Positions 53,690 through 64,000 of a stretch of DNA of 64,000 nt are shown piece after piece (position 1 is the first letter of the stretch; each line of letters begins with the position of its first letter). Under the pieces are notes generated by a model. That model worked only from the letters and a program-made list of their open reading frames with translations. It ran no database searches and had not been told where the DNA came from. Location of the stretch: assembly GCF_009914755.1 (NCBI RefSeq), contig NC_060935.1; one strand, given 5' to 3'. A program made the position numbers and the translations under genes. The DNA comes from the human T2T-CHM13v2.0 reference genome, Homo sapiens.

Positions 53690-56639
53690 GTTTGTCCTCG
53701 GGAAGGGGGTGGGGGACGCGGACCGCGGCGAGAGTGGTCCTGGGGTAGCCGGTCGTGGGGAGGGCCGCGGGGCCGCGCCCGGGCGGAGGGCGCCGGGGCC
53801 GCAGCGACCTCGCCGTGTGATCTCCAGGCCCAGGCGGGTCGGGCTCCGGAGGTCGAGTCACCGAGCTCCGGTCGCTCAGGTGGGGCCGAGCGGAAAGCCC
53901 GGCGCATCCTCCCCTCGGGCAACGCCGTCCCCGCCGGGATTTCGGGCGAGGTGAGGCCGGGCTTCCCGGCCCCGCGGCCTAAGGCACCGGTCCCCGCCCG
54001 CCCGGGGGCATAGATCGCGAACATGGAGGCGGGCTCGGGCGCCGCGGATGGAAACGGACACACTGCGCTGCCCCAGCGGCTCAGACTCGCGTGCGCTCGT
54101 GGGGCGAGACATCTCTTGGCATCTCGGATCCAGCCCTGGCCATTCGCTTAACTATCCATCCCTCCATCCAGATCGCCAGCAACCCCAGGCCGAGCGTCAC
54201 GAAAGCCCCTCACTCCCCCCTCGTCCCTCCTTCACCCCCAGGCTCCAGTCCAGATCCCTTTTACACGCTGCGTTCATTTTAGCTCGGCTGTTCACATTTT
54301 TAACTCCGTATTAAGAAGTGTTACAAATATAACTTGGAGAAATGAATCCCGCTTTTCTTCCCTAAGCTGTCTCATTTCAAGTCCTTAAAAACAGCCCTAA
54401 CATCCAAGTACTGATTACTCTGTCTGGGGTTCTTGCCATTTGGTTATCCGTTAACAATCTCGGTTTGTGTTCGGTGTTTTGTGATAAAGAGATGAAAGAC
54501 GAATCCAGATTTAGGAAAAGTTTTCCTATTGGTTGACAAGACTGTATTGGAGTATCCCAGGCCCATCAGGCGCTTATTGATTCAGACTTTTTTTAAACCA
54601 TTTTAGAATAGATGCAGAGATAATTGGAGCTAAGTATTGTATGTTTAGGAATTTGGCAACGTTGTTCAGTTTTTCACTTGTTACGTGCTTGAGTTTTTCC
54701 ACTTTTAAAATGCATATTATAAACGGAAAACGAGATAAACCTCAAACACAATTTTTGACTTTTCAAGAACCACAAGAAGTCATAAATACAGTGTGTTATA
54801 AATGTTTTTGTCTTAATGGACTTAGGATTTAGAGGGTATGACTTCCATTCATTTAATCACATGTACAATTAATTTTAGTAGCAGTTTCTTAAGTTTAGGG
54901 TTCTCTGTGTTTGACTACATGATAGCTTCATCAAACATTGGTAAAATTAATCTTAGTGTGATAAGCCCAGGAAGATGCCTATTTCGGACTTGACCCCCTG
55001 TTCACCTGTTTTCTTCAACAATTTGGCATGCTTATTTCCAGTTACCTAAATCTGTCTACTGGATGGTACCATAAAAATAGAATGGCCTGTTGACTATGTA
55101 CCCATAGTTCAAAATGTTTTAATATTTTTACATGAAAGAGTCTATCTTACTTTCAAAGTAAGTTACAAGATTCTACTTCTAGTATTTGGTCACCATAAAA
55201 GTACTTAAACATTATAACCAAAGTAAAATGAACTTTTAAATAAACAACAACAAAGTGACTGGCATTTTTTAGCCTTTATTTAATAAGGGAAGTCTAACGG
55301 AACTATTTTAGTATAATGGGAAATATTAAAGGATAGGAAACAGAAACTTGGAATGTTTCTATACTGATGAGAGTTTTTATTAGTCACTTCCTTTTACTAA
55401 ATTTTTGTTTTAATGACCAGACTATATAAAAATACCCTATTTTATATTATGGGCTTCTCTGGAGCTAGGTTTTCATGGGTTACCAACGTCTGCAAAATCG
55501 GATCCCAAGTTGTTAATAGAAATTTTATGTTTAAAACATTTTTCTCATTCTACAACTAGGTCTTCATTCTAGCAGACCACAGTGGTTGCTACATTAATTT
55601 TAATTACTATCACAGACGTAAAAATGTTGCTGTTATAACTTCTTAGTGTGTTTCATTGTTTTTGTACATAAATTTAGAATTCTTTAATTCTGATTTGATA
55701 GCATTTTTAAAGAAACAAACAAGGTATTAAGTAGGGAATGTTTTTATCTTTTTACTGTTGGAACGTAGAATAACACTAATCTGCAGTTATTGCTCATTTG
55801 AAACTGGTATGCTTCTGTTCTCTCTGCAAATAATTACTTATTATCACTCTAGCTGCTGTGTAAGGCCCCCGACCTCTAAAAGGATAGATTATGAACGAAC
55901 ATAATGCTATGTGGAAAGTACTAAGTTCCGTGAAAAAAGAAGTGAGAAATTCAGGTACTGGGGAGTGCCTCAAAGGTAGGATTTGAGTAGGTAGAGCTGG
56001 TTGGGAGTCATTTCCAAATGAGTCAGTGAACCCTGGCAGGAAAGCAGGGAGTGGGCGGTCCAGTATGTGGCGCATGGGGCAGATGATAGGAGTAGTGAGT
56101 GGGTAAGTTGGCAAATAGAGTTTTGGAGTATAGTTTTTATTAGAGCAATATTAAGTAAATAAGATGGTCAGTGAATAATGAAAATTAATTCAATCAGGAT
56201 TCCAAATTTAAGCCTAAAATATTGAGATTCCGGAGTTTGATCGTAAATCTACCAAATGTTCTAAAAAAGCTTCTTGTGTTTTAAGTGCTAATATGCCTCA
56301 TGGACCTGCAGCATATGAAATCTCATGACTTTACAAAGTGAAAATGTGTGAAGATTCAACAAAACACATGTTATAATCTCTGCTGCTGTTTTGCAATTAA
56401 TAGTTCAGAGAAAGGATGATCAATCAAGAATGTGATTTTTTAAGAAAGATCTATTTCACCCCAGAATAGATCTCTAATTTCTTGGTGATTCAAGATTTGT
56501 TTAAAATTTTTGTAGGATTAGTGTGTAAATTAAATATCTGACACATAGTAATTTTTGGCATCTGATAGTATAAAGATAACTGCAGATATGTGTTGTGGCG
56601 GCATCAATTCTCTACTGTTGTTTTGGTTTTTATAGGTGA

Positions 56640-56880
56640 CATAGTAATAGTCACGTTTGTACACTGATGTGCCAGACAACATGCTAAGTCTACATGCATT
56701 ATCTCATTTAACCCTTGAACACCTTTATGCATTGCTTCTATTATCCCCAGTCTATAGATGCGGAAGCAGAGACACTGAGTTTGAGTAACTTGCCCAAAGT
56801 CATATAGCTAGTAAGTTGCAGAAAGGAGTTCAGACCCAGGCAGTCTGACTTTATAACCCATGATCTTAACCACTGTGCAA
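56640..56880 (-). mobile_element. MIR SINE
   Basis: tatctcatttaaccctt...gagtaacttgcccaaagtcatatagctagtaagt...cccaggcagtctgact. Confidence 0.8.
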
Positions 56881-57983
56881 GTTCTGCCTCGATAGGATTC
56901 TGTTTTTAGTTTGTTCTCTAAAAAGTGTGTCATCATGTATGTTGTTTTGTTGACATACACCATTTGAAAATTAAGTGATGCATAGTGAGTATGTAAGACG
57001 AGAAGCCTTTCCTCTGCATAGTACGACAGTAGTAGGACAATACAGAAATCCTGTCTGGCCAGGTAAGTTGAAGGCAAGGACCGTGTCTTTTTGCCAGGCT
57101 GCTTGAGTTCACTACAGAGACAAATCAAAAGACTCCAGTTTCAGTCCAGCATGGCAAATGATGTAACAGCAGTGTAGTTCACAAAAAGGAGCACTTTTCA
57201 GTGAAAGCAACAAACATTCTTAATGAATAATATTTTTTATTGATTTTTATAACTTTTCTCAGACTATAGAAATGTAATGTGCTTACTGTGGAATAAATTA
57301 GAAAATATAGAGAGGTATAAAGAATTTTTAAAACACCTGTAATCCCATAATCCAGAGAGAACTCATTTAACATTATGGCAAATTTCTCTCTGTTTAATTA
57401 TTCTTAGCATCATCAGAGGATTGTTTTACTTTCTTAAGGGAAAATGGAAACTAATTGCACCTAAAGTATAATGTACACGGTTTTACATTACAACACTGAC
57501 AATAATTCTTATGCCCAGTAATGTAGCCTGAAGCAGAGCTCATAAGCAGATACCTGAACATTCAAAGCATTCTGCCTTCAAGATAAGTATCACATCTCTT
57601 AGGGTGGATATGGAATAAGTAGAAAATCCCATGGTCTTCCTGCTTACCTGGAACATTTTAAACTATCTTCCCTCACCTTTTGCCTGGGTCACACCTTATT
57701 CAGCCCTCAGCTTAGATATCACTTGGTTTACTGCATTGTGGTTTAAGTTTGAGAACGCTATGAAACATTTATTGTGCCAAGTATTGTTCTAAGTGCTGTA
57801 CATGTATTAATGCATTTAATGCTTACTACCTGCTTATGAAGAGGTATTTCAGTACCTCTTTTTTCAGATGAGAATACCGAACCACAATGTGGTCAAATAA
57901 CTTACCCGAGTTCCCACAATTAATAATAGCAGAATGAGGGTTCCAATTAATTTAGCCAGGCTAAGTCCCTGTTAAAACAAATA

Positions 57984-59135
57984 CAGTCATGCACTGCATA
58001 ATCATGTTTTAGTTAAAAACAGACTGCATATATGACAGTGGTGCATAAGATTATAATAGAGCTGAAAAGTTCCTGTCGCCTAGTGATGTCATAGCCATCT
58101 CCTGATGTCATAGCACAAGGCATTACTCATATGTTTGTGGTGGTGCTGGTGTAAACAAACCTACGGTGCTGCTGATGGTAGAAGGATAATGAACGATTAT
58201 GTTACTGGGTTATTTATTTACTATACTATGCTTTTTATTGTTATTTTAGAGTGTACTCCTTCTACTTATACAAAAAAAAGTTAACTGTAAAACAGCTTCA
58301 GGCAGGTCTATCAGGAGGTATTTCAGAAGGCGGCATTATCATAGGAGGTGACAGTGCCGTGCCTGTTACCGCCCCTGAAGACCTTCCAGTGGGACAAAAT
58401 GTAGAGGTGAAAAGCAGTGATCTTGGTGATCCTGACCCTGTGTAGACCTAGGCTAATGTATGTGTTTGTGTCTTCATTTTAAATGAAGTTTAAAAAGTAA
58501 AAAATTTTCTAGATAGACAAAAGCTTATAGAATAAGGATATAAAGAAAGAAGATATTTTTGTATAGCTGTACAATGTGTTTCTGTCTTAAGCCAAGTGTT
58601 ATTATAAAACAGTCCAAAAGTTAAAAAATGAAAAAGTTTATAAAGTAAAAAAGTTACAGTAAGAGTAATTTATTGAAGAAAGAAAAATTTTTCGATAAAC
58701 TTAGGGTAGCCTAAGTGTAGAGTGTTTATGAAATCTACAGTAATGTACACTAATATCCTAGGCCTTCACATTCACTCACCACTCACTCACTGACTTATCC
58801 AGAGCAACTTCTAGTCTTACAAGCTTCATTCATGGTAAGTGCCCTATATAGGTGTACCATTTTTATCTTATAGACTGCATTTTTACTCTACCTTTTCTAT
58901 GCTTAGATACACAAAGACTTATTGTGTTACAGTTGCCTACAGTGTTTAGTACAGTAATATGCTGTACAGGTTGGTAGCCCCAGAGCCATAGGCTATACCA
59001 TATAGCCTAGGAGTGTAGTAGGCTGTATAGCCATCTAGAGGTTTGTGTAAGTATACTCTGTGATGTTTGCACAAAGAGGAAATAGCCTAAGGATGCATTT
59101 CTCAGAACATAACTTTGTCAAGTGACACATGACTG
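57984..59135 (+). mobile_element. Tigger3b-like non-autonomous DNA transposon (Tc1/mariner-pogo)
   Basis: TA|cagtcatg...catgactg|TA terminal inverted repeats with TA TSD; 1152 bp; start matches the recalled Tigger3 consensus. Confidence 0.88.
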
Positions 59136-59701
59136 TATTAAAGTCTGTGTAACCTAATACGTGTCAATAGATTTGTCTAGTATTGTGAGGTTTAAGCAAA
59201 ATAATGAAGTCATCTTTCTTAGGAGTTTGGTTCTAAAAGGATACATCTTTTTCCTGTATAATTGGAATTATATTACTTGTAGAACTTGATATCCTACATT
59301 CGCTCTCTCATTTAACGTACACTAAGGATTTTCTCATGACATCTAAAAATATTTCTAACGTTGTGTTATTTAATCATTCTACTATTTCAGTTAGACATGT
59401 ATTTTTTCCCAGTATTTTAATATTATAATGCTTTAGTTGACTAGCCCAGTGAAATTCCTTTTTCTGCATCTGTGTTCTTAGGATGGAGTCCTAGAAATAG
59501 TGATAAAACAGAATAAACTTGAAGGTTTTTTAATGCCAAAAAGCTTTTCAGAAAAGTTATATTGATATGTATAACCATTAACATAGAGTCAGAGTACTGA
59601 TTTCATCCCACGTTTGAGCCACTAAGTATTAACTTTGAAAGTGCTTGATTTCAAAGTTTGATGATGAGCATTAATATCTCATTTTAATGCTGACTTTTCT
59701 A

Positions 59702-60177
<476 letters not shown>

Positions 60178-60467
60178 TTAGATGATAGTTAACTCTTCTT
60201 CATTTCTTTTCTGCTTTCTGTCTCTGCTATTCATCTGTCAATAGAGAAAATACTACCTATAGATTAGTCATAAGAATTAATTGATAGTACAAAATGATAA
60301 TGATAGTACACCATACTGTACCTAGGATTTTTACCTTGTTAGTAGTCTTTAGGCTCCCTGAGGGCAAGGACTCTGAGCCACATTATTTTATCCTGATTAT
60401 TCTACAGAGTTTGGCATATAGTAAATACTTAATGAATGTGTTTTTATTATTAAAAGCTATATGGTAC

Positions 60468-60602
60468 TTTTTTTTTTTTTTTTTTTTGATACAGGGTCTC
60501 TCTATGTTGCCCAGGCCAGTCTTGAACTCCTGGGCTCAAGTGATCACCCGCCTCCACTTCCCAAAGTGCTGGGATTACAGGCGTGAGCCACTATGCCCAG
60601 CA
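60468..60602 (-). mobile_element. FLAM_C-like Alu monomer
   Basis: Antisense left monomer; degenerate TSD aaaagctatatggtacttt / aaaagcaatgtagtacttt. Confidence 0.88.
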
Positions 60603-60665
60603 AAAAGCAATGTAGTACTTTAAATGAATCTGCTGGTAAGTGGGTATGATAAACAAAAGGAAGTA

Positions 60666-63376
<2,711 letters not shown>

Positions 63377-63861
63377 TGGATGAGTAAGAGATGGTTACAA
63401 TAATACATGCCAAGCAGATAGAATTGATACCCAAACATTTAAAATTTAACTTGGAATGCGTTGTGTGATTTCTTGAGGGGCAATACACATTTGTCTTTGA
63501 AGAATATAATTAACCTTATTTACTTCTCTTAGTAAAATATTATAAAAGTGAATCTTCCAAAAAGGTAGTCTTTAAAGTTTTCAAGAGCAAAACATTTTAA
63601 CTATTTTAAATGGAAGAATTTATACACATGTATATTTTTCTTCTTTCAAATAATATGTAGCCTATGATTTCACTTATTATGAAAGATAATAGTAGCTAAC
63701 ATTTATTGGTACTAACTTTATGCCAGGTCCAATATTGAGAGCTTTGCTTAAATTATTTAATTTAGTTTTGCAACTGTATTGGGTATGTACTGTTTTGCTT
63801 ATCTTCCAGGTAATGGAATTGATGCCTGGAGATGTTAAGTAGCTTGGCCCAAGTTATTGAG

Positions 63862-64000
63862 TTTTTTTTTTGTTTTTTTTTTGAGACAGAGTCTCGCTCT
63901 GTTGCCCAGGCTGGAGTGCAGTGGTGCGAACTCGGCTCACTGCAAGCTCCGCCTCTCGGGTTCATGCCACTCTCCTGTCTCAGCCTCCCCAGTAGCTGGG
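63862..64000 (-). mobile_element. AluY-like SINE (runs off window end)
   Basis: cactgcaagctccgcctc..gggttcatgcca carries AluY-diagnostic positions. Confidence 0.85.

Larger units (their letters stand above)
52750..54280. promoter_or_regulatory. ZC3H12C: CpG-island promoter of ZC3H12C
   Basis: About 1.5 kb, very GC- and CpG-dense, with GC boxes (gggcgg), no obvious TATA box, and both start exons; flanks are CpG-depleted. Confidence 0.92.

Noticed and set aside
52763-54314. Many overlapping 100-256 aa Arg/Gly/Pro/Ala-rich ORFs on both strands
   Set aside because: Expected in very GC-rich, stop-poor CpG-island DNA; only the two short AUG-plus-donor segments fit a known protein.

Overview
Primate, very likely human, genomic DNA: about 52 kb of repeat-rich intergenic sequence, then a CpG-island promoter (~52750-54280) and the first ~10 kb of intron 1 of a + strand gene. 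I identify the gene as ZC3H12C (Regnase-3/MCPIP3, chr11q22.3) because a micro-exon encodes its recalled N-terminus MPGGGSQ and ends at a splice donor (53669-53689). A second candidate start exon 213 nt upstream encodes MAAEKRMQ, also ends in a phase-0 donor, and is preceded by a 10-codon uORF and an AUG-STOP element. The upstream region holds a full-length processed pseudogene of POLR2E/RPB5 (two nonsense codons, no frameshift, 17-bp TSD) inside an old L1. It also contains a 451-bp pure-purine GGAA/GAAA microsatellite, several solo LTRs (MLT1A-, LTR47/MER72-, MER11-, MER4-, MST-, LTR8- and LTR33-like), many Alus and L1/L2/MIR relics. Intron 1 carries Tigger3b and a near-full-length Tigger1. 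I see no novel multi-gene system. The best leads are regulatory: the start-stop/uORF/twin start-exon architecture of ZC3H12C, and candidate immune enhancers (kB, PU.1, C/EBP and AP-1 motif clusters) 6-12 kb upstream. Gene and repeat-family names come from recognition by eye, not database searches.
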